Positions 47,447 to 60,100 are shown, numbered from the stretch's first letter. The stretch is 64,000 nt of DNA from an uncultured Acidobacteriota bacterium (GCA_963747985.1 CAVVHG010000001.1:329963-393962), one strand, 5' to 3'. The notes: a model not told the origin generated them from the letters alone. Program-made: numbers and translations.

Positions 47447-48628
47447 ATGCTGAAGCGGCAGATGAACTACTGGTCGCTGGGACTTCTTCTCATCCTGTGC
47501 CCCGGGCCGGCCTCCGCGCAGAGGGAGCCTGGATACGACCGCTCGGTAGTGACACAGGTGCGGATCGATTTGCGCGACCTGGGCTACCCTCCGCTGGATG
47601 TGATCCCCGCAGATGAATGCGCGATCCGGGCCCTGGCGGTGGCGCCCGACGGCAGGCTGTACGGGGCCACCAGCGGGAAACGCAGCCATCTGTTCATGCT
47701 CGACCCGGTGCACGGGTATGTTCTTCCTCTGGGATTCCTCGAGGGTGTTTCGGCCGTGGAAGGGTCACTCGTGATTGCGCGTGCCGGCGATGTCTATGTC
47801 GGGACCGTACCTGGCGGGCATCTGTTGAAGTATGCTCAGAAGAGCCCGACGTCTGAAAGCGTGCCGCAGGTGCGGAAGCCCGTGCCTGTTGTCGACCTGG
47901 GGGCACCTGTCGATGGCGAGGCTATCTCGGCGCTCGCTATCGATCGCGCTCGGGACCGGATCTACGGGTTGACCAGGCCCGGCGGCCGTTTCTTCAGCTA
48001 CGGGATAGAGAGCGGACGCTTCATGGTGCACGGGGAAGTCGCCGAACACGATATGCCGGGCGAGAAGTTCGAAAAGCAGAAAAACATCGGCCGGGCAGTC
48101 GCGATCGGTAGCGACGGAAACGCCTACACGTCGGGCGAAGGCGGTTACCTGTATCAGTTTTCTCCTTCCACCGGGGTATTGCGACGGCTGGACATCACGG
48201 TGCCCTCCCTGCCGGGCCGGGAATCCTGGAACCGCGTCGATGCATGGGCGTCGGAGACTGACGGGGCGACCCTCTATGGTGGTACTTCCGACGGCTACCT
48301 GTTCCAGTTTGATGCCTCGAAATTGCGGGTCAGGAATCTGGGCAAGCCGCTCAACCGCTACCGTATTCGTGCGCTGGTGCTGGCACGGAACTCGAAGCTG
48401 TACGGCATCGGCGGCGATGACGACGAAATGGCACAATTATTCAGTTATGACCCGTCGGCTGGCACCTATGAGCTATTGGGCATGATCGATGTGAATCGTC
48501 GACCGTACTATTCCTGGCAGGCATACGTCATCGATTGCGCCGCGCTCGGCAACGACGGGACGGTGTACCTGGGACAAAGCGAGCGCAAATCGAAGTTGTA
48601 TATTTACTACCCTGAACAAGAGAGGTGA
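47447..48628 (+). CDS. Secreted beta-propeller protein, paralog 2 of the upstream gene
   Basis: ATG 47447; signal peptide MLKRQMNYWSLGLLLILCPGPASAQ; the same blade motifs (DGRLYGAT, DVYVGTV, DRIYGLT, GNAYTSG, ATLYGGT, SKLYGIG, GTVYLGQ). Confidence 0.55.
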   Translation: MLKRQMNYWSLGLLLILCPGPASAQREPGYDRSVVTQVRIDLRDLGYPPLDVIPADECAIRALAVAPDGRLYGATSGKRSHLFMLDPVHGYVLPLGFLEGVSAVEGSLVIARAGDVYVGTVPGGHLLKYAQKSPTSESVPQVRKPVPVVDLGAPVDGEAISALAIDRARDRIYGLTRPGGRFFSYGIESGRFMVHGEVAEHDMPGEKFEKQKNIGRAVAIGSDGNAYTSGEGGYLYQFSPSTGVLRRLDITVPSLPGRESWNRVDAWASETDGATLYGGTSDGYLFQFDASKLRVRNLGKPLNRYRIRALVLARNSKLYGIGGDDDEMAQLFSYDPSAGTYELLGMIDVNRRPYYSWQAYVIDCAALGNDGTVYLGQSERKSKLYIYYPEQER

Positions 48629-48631
48629 GAA

Positions 48632-49957
48632 ATGAGTAGTGACCGCGGTGTCAATCGCAGGGATTTCGTGAAGGCTGCCGTCGGCACCGGAATCGCGATG
48701 AGCGCAATCTCTGGCGCGCGCCCGGCGCGTGCTCGCACTCCGGGGGCGAACGACCGGATCAACCTGGGAGTTATCGGTGTCGGGGGGCGCGGCTATTATC
48801 TGGCAGGTGTCTTCTCCGGTCTGGCCGAAAAATCAAACGTACAAGTAGGAGTTGTATGTGACGTCTACCGGAAACGCACGAGCGCGGCGGCAGAGCGATA
48901 CAAGTGCAAGGGGATTGCCGACTATCGCGAGATCATAGCTGACAAGAGCATCGACGCCGTGGTCATTGCCACGCCGGACCATTGGCACGCGACGATGGCC
49001 ATCGAGGCGATGAACGCCGGAAAGGACGTCTACCTGGAAAAGCCGATGACGCACACGGTCAAGGAGGCCAGGCAGGTCTACGAGTGCTCCGTGAGAACCA
49101 AGAGAGTCCTCCAGATTGGCTCGCAGACGACCTCCGCCGACCAATGGTGGAAGGCGCGCAAGGCCATACAGGACGGCATGATCGGCAAGATGATCATGAG
49201 TCAGGGGTCATACCATCGCAACTGGAACGGGAGGAGGCAGCCGCCCGGCGAGTGGAACTACACCATCGACGCGGACGCCGGTCCGTTGGGTAAAGGCGAC
49301 AACTTCATCGACTGGAAAATGTGGCTCGGCAGCGCCCCCGCGCGCCCCTGGAATGCGGACCGCTTCTTCCGATTCCGGAAGTACTGGGACTACTCGGGCG
49401 GAATCGCCACGGATCTCTTCTACCATGTCATGGCGCCCCTCAACCTCGTGTGGGGCGGCGGTGAGTTTCCGCACCGTGTAGGAGGAACCGGCGGGATTTA
49501 CGTGTTCAAGGACGAGCGGGAGGTGCCTGACACCTTCATGCTCGTCGCCGACTACCCGAGCGGACACAGCGTCGTGCTCAGTTCCTCAATGGCCAACAGC
49601 CGTCATATTCCTGGCCTGATCCGCGGCTACGAAGGAACCATCGTGATGGTCGATCACGGGCAGTTCGAAGAGGATACCGACCACATCACTGTCACGTCCG
49701 AAAGACACAACCGCGAGGACTTCATAAAGAAATACGGCGCTGCCGAAGTGCAGATCAAGGTCGAACCGCGCCAGTCCCACTGGGAAAACTTCCTCCAGTG
49801 CATGCGAACGCGCGAAGAGCCGGTTCTCGGAGGCCTGCCGGCCTACAAAGCCATGGTGCCGATTGCCATGTCGGTTGAGTCGTACCGCTCCGGGCAAATG
49901 CTCTACTTCGATGAGCAAAAGCAGAAGGTCGTTGCCAAGCCTCTGAAAAAAGCCTGA
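48632..49957 (+). CDS. TAT-exported Gfo/Idh/MocA-family oxidoreductase (GH109-like NAD-dependent glycosidase candidate)
   Basis: Twin-arginine signal [19 protein letters not shown]; Rossmann [14 protein letters not shown]; EKP motif (VYLEKPMTH). Confidence 0.6.
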   Translation: MSSDRGVNRRDFVKAAVGTGIAMSAISGARPARARTPGANDRINLGVIGVGGRGYYLAGVFSGLAEKSNVQVGVVCDVYRKRTSAAAERYKCKGIADYREIIADKSIDAVVIATPDHWHATMAIEAMNAGKDVYLEKPMTHTVKEARQVYECSVRTKRVLQIGSQTTSADQWWKARKAIQDGMIGKMIMSQGSYHRNWNGRRQPPGEWNYTIDADAGPLGKGDNFIDWKMWLGSAPARPWNADRFFRFRKYWDYSGGIATDLFYHVMAPLNLVWGGGEFPHRVGGTGGIYVFKDEREVPDTFMLVADYPSGHSVVLSSSMANSRHIPGLIRGYEGTIVMVDHGQFEEDTDHITVTSERHNREDFIKKYGAAEVQIKVEPRQSHWENFLQCMRTREEPVLGGLPAYKAMVPIAMSVESYRSGQMLYFDEQKQKVVAKPLKKA

Positions 49958-49999
49958 GACATCGCCCTCGCGAATCAACACTTGCCTGGAGAGACCATC

Positions 50000-52051
50000 A
50001 TGCGAAATAGGGACATTCTGGCCGCATTCCTTGTCGTTGTGTTTTCTGCCGTCGCATTCAGCTCGAATTCCGCGGTAACTGTCGGGACGCGGGGCGTGCG
50101 GCTTGAATTCGACGGTGCACTCCACAGTCGCGTCCTCGCCGCTTTCGACGGGAGCCCGGCTGCCTTCACCGAGTGGAGCGCGTCGGAGTATGTGGCTGTC
50201 GGAGGCGTCGAATTGAAGGACTTTGTCCTGAAAAAACAGGACGCCGGTGACGTCCGCGACGGCCTTGGCAAAGGCCGCCGCCAGGTGCTCACCGGCGAAG
50301 CAGCTTCTCTCAGGAAGGAGGTGCGGGCAACGGCCTACGACGACTATCCCGCCGCTATTGTTGTCGAAGTCCGCTACACCAACATCGGGCACGCTCCGAT
50401 GAAGATCGAGCGCTGGACCAACAACCACTACAGCGTCGCCGCACGCGGGCAGTTCACTGAGCCCTTCTGGTCCTTCCAAAGCGGCTCATACGAAAACCGC
50501 CCCAGCTGGGTCCTGCCACTGAAGGAGGGTTTCAAGCAGGACAATTTCCAGGGGATGAACGCGACAGACTACGGCGGCGGCACGCCTGTCGCCGACGTCT
50601 GGCGCCGGGACGGCGGGATCGCGGTCGGACACCTGGAACTCGTCCCGAAGCTGGTTTCCCTGCCGGTCGCGATGCCGAGCGCCTCATCTGCGGAGCTTTC
50701 GGTCACCTACGCCTGCGACAAGACCCTGGCGCCCGGTGAATCGCTCGACACGTTCCGGACCTTTGTGGCCGTCCATAAGGGTGACTATTTCGCAGCCCTC
50801 AGGGAGTATCGAAGCATGATGGTCGGGCAGGGCGTGAGCTTCAGTAAAGCTCCGCCCGACGCCTTCGAGCCGATCTGGTGCGCATGGGGCTACCGGCGGA
50901 CCTTCCAGCCGCCGCAGATTTATGGCGCCCTTCCCATCGTGAAGAAGCTCGGGTTCCGCTGGGTGACGCTCGACGACGGCTGGCAGACCGCTGAGGGGGA
51001 CTGGTTCCCCGAGCCCAAGAAGTTCCCGCAGGGTGACCAGGACATGAAAGCGATGGTCGACCGCATTCACGCGGACGGCTTCAAGGCACAGCTCTGGTGG
51101 GCTCCCATGTCTGTTGATCCGGGCACGCAGAAGATCGAGAAGCACCCGGACTGGCTGCTTCTCGACCGCGACGGCAGCAAGCACAAGATCACCTACTGGG
51201 ACGCCTTCTATCTGTGCCCCGCCGTTCCGGAAGTCCGTGCCGATGCGGCTGCGCTTGTGACGAAAGCGATCAAGGAATGGGGCTATGACGGTTTGAAGCT
51301 CGACGGCCAGTACATGAATGCCGCACCACCGTGCTTTAATCCTGCGCATCATCACAAGGACCCGTCAGAGTCGGCTGAAGCCGTTCCGCTCTTCTTCAAG
51401 GCAATATTCGATGCGGCCCGCGCGGCGAAAGCCGATGCCGTCGTCGAATTCTGCCCGTGCGGGACCTCTTTTTCGTTTTTCACTCTCCCCTATGCCAATA
51501 TGACCGTTGCCTCGGACCCGCACAGATCGTGGCAGGTTCGCACAAAGGGGAAGAGCCTGAAAGCGCTCACCGGCGACGGAATCGCCTACTTCGGCGACCA
51601 TGTCGAACTGAGCGACGACGGCCGCGATTTCGCCTCGACCGTCGGGATCGGCGGCGTTGTCGGCACGGAATTCACCTGGCCGGTCGGTTCAGGACCGTTG
51701 AACCGCCGCACCGGGAAGAACACGAGCGACCTTACCCCGGAGCGCGAGGAACATTGGGCAAAGTGGCTGGGGATCTACAAGGACAAGATGCTCTCGAAGG
51801 GGGAGTACCTTGGCGCTCTGTACGACATCGGTTTCGACCGGCCGGAGGCGCACGCGATCCGCAAGGACGGGAGGATGTACTACGGCTACTTTGCGGCCGA
51901 CTTTCAGGGAAAAGTCGAACTGCGGGGCATGGAGCCGCGCCAGTATCAGGTCGTCGACTATGAGAACGGCAAGGACTACGGCCGGGTTCAGGGTCCAACG
52001 GCCGAGCTTGATGTGTCCTTCAAGCACCACCTGTTGCTCGAAGCTCGCTAG
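50000..52051 (+). CDS. Secreted alpha-galactosidase-like glycoside hydrolase (GH36/GH27 clan D-like)
   Basis: ATG 50000 with GGAGAG RBS; signal peptide; TIM-barrel blocks [22 protein letters not shown] characteristic of melibiase/GH36-type enzymes. Confidence 0.6.
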   Translation: MRNRDILAAFLVVVFSAVAFSSNSAVTVGTRGVRLEFDGALHSRVLAAFDGSPAAFTEWSASEYVAVGGVELKDFVLKKQDAGDVRDGLGKGRRQVLTGEAASLRKEVRATAYDDYPAAIVVEVRYTNIGHAPMKIERWTNNHYSVAARGQFTEPFWSFQSGSYENRPSWVLPLKEGFKQDNFQGMNATDYGGGTPVADVWRRDGGIAVGHLELVPKLVSLPVAMPSASSAELSVTYACDKTLAPGESLDTFRTFVAVHKGDYFAALREYRSMMVGQGVSFSKAPPDAFEPIWCAWGYRRTFQPPQIYGALPIVKKLGFRWVTLDDGWQTAEGDWFPEPKKFPQGDQDMKAMVDRIHADGFKAQLWWAPMSVDPGTQKIEKHPDWLLLDRDGSKHKITYWDAFYLCPAVPEVRADAAALVTKAIKEWGYDGLKLDGQYMNAAPPCFNPAHHHKDPSESAEAVPLFFKAIFDAARAAKADAVVEFCPCGTSFSFFTLPYANMTVASDPHRSWQVRTKGKSLKALTGDGIAYFGDHVELSDDGRDFASTVGIGGVVGTEFTWPVGSGPLNRRTGKNTSDLTPEREEHWAKWLGIYKDKMLSKGEYLGALYDIGFDRPEAHAIRKDGRMYYGYFAADFQGKVELRGMEPRQYQVVDYENGKDYGRVQGPTAELDVSFKHHLLLEAR

Positions 52052-52066
52052 CAGGGGGGAGGGATC

Positions 52067-53368
52067 ATGGAAGAGACGCTGGCATTCGTGATGGCGGGTG
52101 GCCAGGGAGAGCGTCTCCGGCCGCTCACAGATGTGCGCGCCAAGCCTGCAGTCCCCTTCGGGGGAATCTTCCGGATCATTGACGTTACACTCTCCAACTG
52201 TGTCAACTCCGGGGTCAGGCGGATCTACATCCTCACGCAGTACAAGTCGTACTCCCTGTCGAACCATCTGAAAACGGGATGGAACATGTTCAGTCGGCGG
52301 TTCGACCAGTTCATCGACGAGGTGCCGGCCCAGCAGCAGCTTGGCGACACCTGGTACCAGGGGACGGCAGACGCGATTCGCCAGAACATGAACTTCGTGG
52401 AGCAGAAGGAACCGCGGCTCGTGCTGATCCTGTCCGGTGACCACATTTACAAGATGGACTACAGACTGCTCCGGAGCTACCACTACGACAAGAAGGCGAG
52501 CCTGACGGTGTGCTGCGCGCGGGTTCCGGTGCACGAAGCGAAAGAGAATCTCGGGGTGATGGAGGTGGATGCCGGCGGGCACATCATCGGATTCGAGGAG
52601 AAGCCGGCGGAGCCCAAGACCATCCCCGGTTCGGATGAGTGCCTGGCGTCGATGGGCATTTACCTGTTTGACGCCGATTTCCTGCGGGAGTCCCTGGCGA
52701 ACGAACTGCTCGATTTCGGCAAGCACATAATCCCCCTCCTCATCCAGGAGGGGAGGGCGGTGTACGCCTACGATTTCACCAGCCGCAACAAGTTTCCGGA
52801 GTGGGAGTACATCACGCGCGAGGGCATGAGGAGGAAGGAACTGGTGCCCGTTGCCAGCGATTGCGACTATTGGCGCGATGTCGGGACACTGGAGCAGTAC
52901 TGGCAGGCCAATCTCGACCTGGTGCAGCCCGCGCCGAAATTCAATGTCTACGGTGAGCGCTTCGCTCTCTTCTCCGTGCCGCACCACTTTCCCCCGGCGA
53001 AGTTCGTCCACGAGATCCCCGGCCGAACGGGGACGGCAATCAACTCCATCGTCGCCGACGGTGTGATTGTGAGCGGGGCCACCGCGCGCAACTCGGTGCT
53101 CGGTTGCGGGGTATACCTCCACAGCCACACGCTCGTGGAGAATTCGGTGCTTTTCGGCGGATCTTTGCGTGGCGGCATCATCACCGAGACCGATATCGGC
53201 CGCAACTGCCACATCCGCAATGCGATCATCGACAAGAACGTGCGCATTTCGGAGAACACGTGGATCGGCTACGACCGCGTCGAGGACGAGCGCCGGGGAT
53301 TCAAAGTAGTGTCCATCGCCGGCGGGTGGGATCACATCGTGGTGGTCCCGAAGAATTTTGCGATGTAG
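52067..53368 (+). CDS. glgC: Glucose-1-phosphate adenylyltransferase
   Basis: 433 aa; [29 protein letters not shown]-terminal NTP-transferase motif, left-handed beta-helix C-terminus. Confidence 0.85.
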   Translation: MEETLAFVMAGGQGERLRPLTDVRAKPAVPFGGIFRIIDVTLSNCVNSGVRRIYILTQYKSYSLSNHLKTGWNMFSRRFDQFIDEVPAQQQLGDTWYQGTADAIRQNMNFVEQKEPRLVLILSGDHIYKMDYRLLRSYHYDKKASLTVCCARVPVHEAKENLGVMEVDAGGHIIGFEEKPAEPKTIPGSDECLASMGIYLFDADFLRESLANELLDFGKHIIPLLIQEGRAVYAYDFTSRNKFPEWEYITREGMRRKELVPVASDCDYWRDVGTLEQYWQANLDLVQPAPKFNVYGERFALFSVPHHFPPAKFVHEIPGRTGTAINSIVADGVIVSGATARNSVLGCGVYLHSHTLVENSVLFGGSLRGGIITETDIGRNCHIRNAIIDKNVRISENTWIGYDRVEDERRGFKVVSIAGGWDHIVVVPKNFAM

Positions 53369-53433
53369 CCCATGCCCTGGCTGCCGGGGGCTCAAGGGTT
53401 CGAACCGCTCGAAGAGCATACTATAATTACCGG

Positions 53434-55209
53434 ATGAAACGTTTGCGTCGCGGCCTGCTCGTCCCTCTAATCGCCTTGTCTGCCTCGATCCTGACAGTGA
53501 TGCCATTTGCCCCCCTCGTGCAGTCGACGGCATCATCCACCCCGCGCAATGTGCTGGCTAGTGAAGCATCCGCGGTGACATTTGTCGATATCGCACAGGG
53601 AAGCCGGGTTGAAGTGCTCCGAATGTCTGGGGGGGAATCAACAAGAAGAAATACATCGTGGAAGCGAAGGGCAGCGGCGTCGCTTTTTTCGATTACGACA
53701 ACGACGGCTGGATCGACATCTACCTCTCAAACGGCATCCGCTTCGAAGAGACCTACACGGCCGACAACGCGCCCATCCAGCATCTTTACCGCAATAACGG
53801 CAACGGCACGTTCACGGACGTTACGGCGCGGGCCGGTCTGACACGTACGGGCTGGGGGACCGGCGTTTCCGTCGGCGACTATGACAATGACGGCTGGGAT
53901 GACCTGTTCTGCAGCTACTGGGGCCACAATATCCTGTGGCATAGCAACGGTGATGGTACGTTCACAGACGTCACCAAGAAAGCCGGTCTGTGGGAAGATC
54001 GGGTGCGCTGGGGCACCGGAAACACCTTTCTCGACTACGACCACGACGGGTTTCTCGACCTGTTCGTCGCGAATTACATCGAGCTCGACATCAAGAAAGT
54101 GCCACTGCCCGGCCAGGCTGGAACCTGCCAGTGGAAGGGGATCCCCGTGTTGTGCGGCCCCCACGGCCTGCCCGGCGGGATGAACATCCTTTACCACAAC
54201 AACGGGGATGGGACCTTCACGGATGTCTCGGATAAGGCAGGCATCCTGAAGCCCGGCCCGCGCTACTCCATCACCTCGGTCTCTTACGACTTTGATAACG
54301 ACGGCTGGCCAGACATCTATGTCGCCGTGGATTCCGAGCCGAGCATCCTTTTTCACAACAATCACGACGGAACCTTTACTGACATAGCCGCCGTGGCCGG
54401 ATGCGCCTACAGCGAAGAGGGGCAGGAGCAGGCCGGGATGGGCGTGGGCGTGGGGGACTACGACTGTGACGGCTGGCTCGACATTTTCAAGACCAATTTC
54501 TGCGACGACACGCCCAACCTTTACCGCAACAACGGCGACGGCACGTTCACGGATGTGACCTTTTTTTCAGGCCTGGGCATCAGTACCCGGTACGTCCGCT
54601 GGGGTGCGGGCTTCATGGACTATGACAACGACGGCTGGACAGACATCTTTCACGTCACCGGGCACGTCTATCCCGAGGTTGAATCCTATCACCTGGATTC
54701 TCATTTTCTCTCGCCACGCCTCGTCTACCGCAACTTCGGAAATGGAAAGTTCAAAGACGTCTCGAAAGACATGGGGCCGGGCGTAAATGCGCTCTACTCG
54801 AGCCGCGGCTGCGCCTTCGGGGATTTCGACAACGACGGCGACGTCGATGTCCTGATCCTGAACATGAACGACTATCCCTCTCTTCTGCGCAACGATGGCG
54901 GCAATCAGCACAACTGGATCAACATCAAGTTGCTGGGAACGAAGTGCAACCGTACGGCGATCGGTGCGCGGGTGCGTGTCGTGACCGGGAAACACGCGCA
55001 GACGGATGAAGTGCACTCCGGGGACTAGTGTCATGTCGCAGAGCGATCTGCGCCTGCAGTTCGGCCTGGGACAGGTCAAGCAGATCGACCTGATCGAGGT
55101 GAAGTGGCCCACCACGCAGAATGTCGAGAAATTCACCAACATCGAAGCCAACCGGTTTTTGACTATCAAGGAAGGCTCCGGGATCACCAAATCCGAAAAG
55201 AAACCTTGA
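53434..55209 (+). pseudogene. ASPIC/UnbV (CRTAC1-like, FG-GAP/VCBS repeat) secreted protein with two homopolymer-G frameshifts (or sequencing errors)
   Basis: ATG 53434 (MKRLRRGLLVPLIALSAS signal). Frame change at the G7 run 53629-53635 (8 G would give ...VLRMSGGGINKKKYIVEAKGSGVAFFDYDNDGW...). Second change at ccgggg 55018-55023 (one G fewer gives ...DEVHSGTSVMSQSDLRLQFGLGQVKQIDLIEVKWP, the UnbV_ASPIC C-terminal domain). Total about 592 aa, normal for the family. Confidence 0.7.
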
Positions 55210-55334
55210 CGTCAGGATACGCATCCGTACGGATCAAAGCAGATCTGTGCAGGTCGATGCGGATCCGGATCTTGATCTTTGGCAGCGAAGGGGAAATTGG
55301 GTGCCCGTTGCACTTCTTCATGATCTACAATTAA

Positions 55335-56753
55335 TTGATGTGGTCCAAGCACCTGATCGTCATCCTGGCGCTGGCTTTCGGTACCCCTGCTCTTCGGGCT
55401 CAGAACGTTCCGCCTGAACTCCCCCAATTGGACTTGAAGGAATTCGATCCATTAGTCCGCGAGCAAGTCCAGGAGGCTTACGATGCCGCCCGGGCAAATC
55501 CTCATGATGCCGCTGCCAGCGGGAAAGTCGGCATGCTGTTGGATGTATGCGAGCGTCGCGAGTTGGCTGCTGCATGGTACGAGCGAGCTCACCAGTCGGA
55601 TCCCAAGGGTTTCCGGTGGCTCTACTATCTCGGATCGTTGCAGATCGTTCAGGGGAAGCGCGCCGAGGCGACCGTCACGCTCCGTGCAGCGCTCAGCCTG
55701 GATCCCGGCTACCTGCCGGCCAGACTGAAGCTCGCCGACAATCTTCTCGCAGCCGGAGAATGGGAAGAGGCCGGACAAATCTATGAGGGAATTGTCAAGG
55801 ATCATCCGGACGCGGCCGAAGCCTATTACGGGATCGGCCGGATACGCGCTGCCCATCGCGACTTGACCGGCGCGGTGGAATCCTATCGGAGGGCCTGCGA
55901 ACTGTTTCCCCCCTACGGAGCGGCCCATTACGGGCTTGCCCAGGCCTACCGGAAACTCGGCGACACCGCGGCCTCAGAAGAACATCTGAAGTTGCGGGAC
56001 GCCAGCCCGAACCTTGTGCCGCCGGTTCCCGATCCCCTGCGCGACGAAATGCGCGCTTTCGACCGGGGAGCCTCGTCTCACCTTCGACGAGGGTTGGGCT
56101 TCGAGGAAGCGGGGCGAATCGAGGATGCGATCGCGGAGCACGAGAAAGCCCTGGAACTGGATCCCGACCTGTCCCTGGCACACGCTAACCTGATCATCCT
56201 TTACGGCAGGACAAATCAGCCGCAGAAGGCCGAGGAGCACTTCCGGGCCGCCATTCGGATCGATCCCAACCACGCCGACAGCTACTACAACTACGGTGTG
56301 CTGCTTTTCAAGGAGCGCAAGTATGCCGACGCGGAAGAAATGTTCCGGAAAGCAGTGGAAATCAATCCCTATCATGCGCAGGCATTGCACAATCTCGGTT
56401 TCGCACTGCAACAGCAGGGCCGCCTGGACGAGGCCCTGCAGTTCTACATGAAAGCTGTCGAGCGGCAGCCGGATTTTCCGCTCGCGCATTTCAATATCGG
56501 AAGAATCCTGGCGAATCAGAGGAAATACGACGAGGCGATAAAGCATTTCCTCTTGTCGCTCAGCCCCGAGAGCGACGCTACCCCTACCTATCTTTACGCA
56601 CTGGCGGCCGCGTATGCTCGCGCAGGAAAGCGGGAGGAAGCTCTGAAATATGGCCGCCAGGCACGCGAGCAGGCGACGGCTCGCGGCCAAACGGAACTGC
56701 TTCGCAGCATCGACAGAGACCTGAAGGCTCTGGAAGCAGCGACACCCCGCTGA
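55335..56753 (+). CDS. Secreted TPR-repeat protein (usual partner of ASPIC/UnbV genes)
   Basis: 472 aa, signal peptide, at least 8 TPR units. Confidence 0.7.
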   Translation: MMWSKHLIVILALAFGTPALRAQNVPPELPQLDLKEFDPLVREQVQEAYDAARANPHDAAASGKVGMLLDVCERRELAAAWYERAHQSDPKGFRWLYYLGSLQIVQGKRAEATVTLRAALSLDPGYLPARLKLADNLLAAGEWEEAGQIYEGIVKDHPDAAEAYYGIGRIRAAHRDLTGAVESYRRACELFPPYGAAHYGLAQAYRKLGDTAASEEHLKLRDASPNLVPPVPDPLRDEMRAFDRGASSHLRRGLGFEEAGRIEDAIAEHEKALELDPDLSLAHANLIILYGRTNQPQKAEEHFRAAIRIDPNHADSYYNYGVLLFKERKYADAEEMFRKAVEINPYHAQALHNLGFALQQQGRLDEALQFYMKAVERQPDFPLAHFNIGRILANQRKYDEAIKHFLLSLSPESDATPTYLYALAAAYARAGKREEALKYGRQAREQATARGQTELLRSIDRDLKALEAATPR

Positions 56754-57191
56754 TTTCACTCCCGCAACATGCCCTTGTTAGATATCAGGCTGGTCGTCAG
56801 TCCAAAATCCGAACGATTTCGCGCAGCTAAAGTTTGGAGGGCACAAAGATTTTCCGCTCGGCAGTGGCTGTATTTTCTCAACCGCTCTAAGTCACTGAAA
56901 AAAGATGAATACGGGTGTGGAAACGACCACCCCTGGCAGGGGCGCTCTCGCAGACAAATCTGCTTGACAATCAGGACTCGTCCGGTGCCCAATGGGTGGC
57001 ATCCCTGGTGTAATGAAGTCGCCGGGTTCGATGTGCTTGCTGTTCCAGTCTTTTGCCATGGGCAGTGAGACCTGATGCGAGATCGGCTGGTGAGCAGAAG
57101 GAGCCTGACAGACCGTTTAGTCTGTGAGGAGCCTCACCTTTGCTGATCCATCCCGGCAAGGCTAGCAGTTTCTGACAATTGGAGGTAAGCC

Positions 57192-60100
57192 TTGTTGCTA
57201 AGACTGAAGTACCCACTCGCAATTCTGCCCGTGGTTGCGTTCTTGATTATCGCATCCATGTGTGTTCAGCCCGCGCAAGCTCAGGTCCTGTATGGATCAG
57301 TAGTGGGAACGGTAACGGATCAGAGCGGCGCGGTCATTCCGGGGGCCACGGTCACGATTACTAACACCCAGACCGGGCAAATCCGTGAAGGCACGTCGGA
57401 CACCAGCGGTACGTACTCGATATTGAATGTGCTGGAAGGCACGTACGACCTGAGCATCCAGATGACCGGGTTCCGCAATTACGTGGAGAAGGGAATAGTA
57501 GTCTCCATTAACAGGGTCACGCGTGTCAACGTCGTCCTGCAGGTCGGGCAAGTCACCGAAACGGTCACGGTCGAGGCCAGTGCGGCGGTCCTCCAGACGA
57601 CGAAGTCGGATGTCAGTACGAGCATGGAAGCGCGCGCGGTGGAGAACCTGCCGCTTTCCAACTACCGTAACTTCCAGACCCTCATTAACCTGGTTCCGGG
57701 TGCCACACCGGGGCGGTTTCAAAACGCCGAGGCGGATACTCCCGAACGCGCCTTGAGTACCAACGTCAACGGCCAGCAGCGTGGCGCCAACAACACGCGT
57801 GTGGACGGCTCGGCCGACATCCTGGTCACCCTGCCTCACCATGCGGCGTACATCCCGCCGGTGGAAAGCATTGAAGAGGTCAACGTCTCAACCGACAACT
57901 TCGATGCTGACCAGGGGATGACGGGCGGTGCTGCTGTTACCGTGGCAACGAAGTCGGGGACCAACGAATTCCACGGCAGCCTCTTTGGCTTCCACAACAA
58001 TAGCGCCACCCGGGCGTTCACGTGGGATGAGAATCACGCCGGAGTAACGAAGAAGCCCACGACCATCCAGAACATCGACGGGGGCAGCATCGGGGGACCC
58101 ATCAAGAAAGACAAGTTGTTCTTTTTCGCCGACTATGAAGGTCTCTTCGAGCGGGCGGCCCGTTCCAGGCTCCAATCCGTCATACCAAAGAAGTATTTCA
58201 ATGGAGACTTGTCGAGTTTCCTGGGCGACCCGATTCTGGATGCCTCAGGTCATTCTATCCTGGTGCCCACCACCGAAGGTGGCTCCGTGCCCCTTCAGCA
58301 AGGGATGATCTTTGATCCCTACACAGGGAATCCCGATGGCACGGGCCGTTCCGTGATTTCCTCCGGCGGGAGCGGTCAACGTCATCCCCGCCGCGCGCCT
58401 GAACGGCCCTATGATGGAGTTGTTGAATCTGCTTCCTGACCCCAATTTGGAGGGGGATTTCGACAACTACTTCATCTCCGGCACCCAAAGACTGAACCGC
58501 AACAATGTCGACGCCAAGGTCAACTGGAACCGCACGAAAAAGCACCAGCTCTTTTTCAAGTACAGCACCATGGTTGCGAAGTTCACCAGCGCCGGGTTCT
58601 CCCTGGGCGCTGCGGGCGGCGAGGACATCGGTGACGGCGGCCTGGGCGGGTGCCACACGCGGACGCAGATCGGGGGCATGGGGTCAACCTACACCGTCTC
58701 GTCCAACTTCCTGATTGACGCCACGCTCGGCTGGACGAGGTTTGGCCAGGCCTGCCAACCCCCTGACCAGCTAAGCGGCGTCAACTTCGGCTCGGACGTG
58801 TTGGGGATTCCGGGAACCAACGGCCCCGACCCGCGGGAAGCGGGCATGCCCGCGTTTTACTCCAATTGGTCAGATATGGGCAATCCGGAGAGCTGGAATC
58901 CCGCCTTCCGCAACGACCAGTCCTACACCTTCAACGCCAACGCAAGCTGGATCAAGCGCACTCACGAAATCCGTTTCGGGTTCGACTTTCTCCACCACCT
59001 CATGAACCACTTCCAGCCGGAACTGGGCCAGGGACCGCGCGGTGGGTTCACTTTCGGGTCTGGCCCCCTGGCCTTGAACCCTTCAGCTCTTGAAGAAACT
59101 GTGGGGTTCCAAGGAGACACTCCGGACTTCGAGACCGACCAGGCCAGCATGGCAGCCTTTATGATGGGTATACCCGCTTCCTCGGGGAAGAGCACCCAGT
59201 ACATCAAGATGGACAGCCTGGAGAACCAGTGGGCTTTCTACATCCGCGACCGCTGGCGCGTCACTCCCAAACTGACCCTCAATCTGGGGTTACGATGGGA
59301 GCTTTATCCCAACCGCCGTCGCTCTGCCGGCATGGGGATCGAATCGTATGACCCCGACACCAACAAGGCCTTGGTCGGCGGGCGAGGCGGCATCCCTCAA
59401 GACAACGGTGTCAAATGGAGCAAGAAGCTCTTTGCTCCCCGTGTCGGATTCGCCTGGCAAGTGGCAAATAACACGGTGATCCGAAGCGGCTATGGCATCA
59501 CTTACCACGCGCATCCCTGGGGCGCTCAAGCCTTGCGTGGTTGGTTCCCACTGACGGTTGTCGGGAGTTTCGAGGGTGTCAACGGCTATCAGCCGGTCAC
59601 CACCGACCCCACCTACGTAGCGGATGGCATGCCGAACGCGCCGCTGGGCGGCAATGTCGGCATTCCATCGATCCTGAACTTCGACATCAACGAGCCGGGT
59701 GGGGTCTCATTACCGAATGCGGCCGAGACGGGCTATCCCGCTGCCAATCAGCTGTTGCGCCGCGGCTACATCCAATCGTGGAACTTCATCCTCGAGCACA
59801 AATTCCCGGGCGAGCTGGTCACGTCGATTGGATACGTAGGGAGCAGATCCGTCAGAGACTTCGCGTTCCGTAACATCAACGCCGGGCAAATAATCGGTGG
59901 CGGCCTTGATGGGCAGCTCCTCTACACTCGATTCGGACGCACCGCATCAACCCGGCAGTATGATGGCATGCTGGGAAGCACTTACAACTCGCTGCAAGTC
60001 AGCGTCAACCGGCGCATGACGGCCGGCCTGCTTCTCAAGGCGGCTTACACTTACTCGAAGGCGATCGATATGGCCGATTACTCTGACTGGACCGAAACCA

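Noticed and set aside
53390-53415. tRNA-like GGTTCGAACC T-loop motif
   Set aside because: No acceptor stem, anticodon arm or CCA context; the motif is part of a simple palindrome in the glgC-ASPIC intergenic region.
51689-53536. 615-aa minus-strand ORF
   Set aside because: Antisense to the GH36-like and glgC genes; no recognisable motifs.
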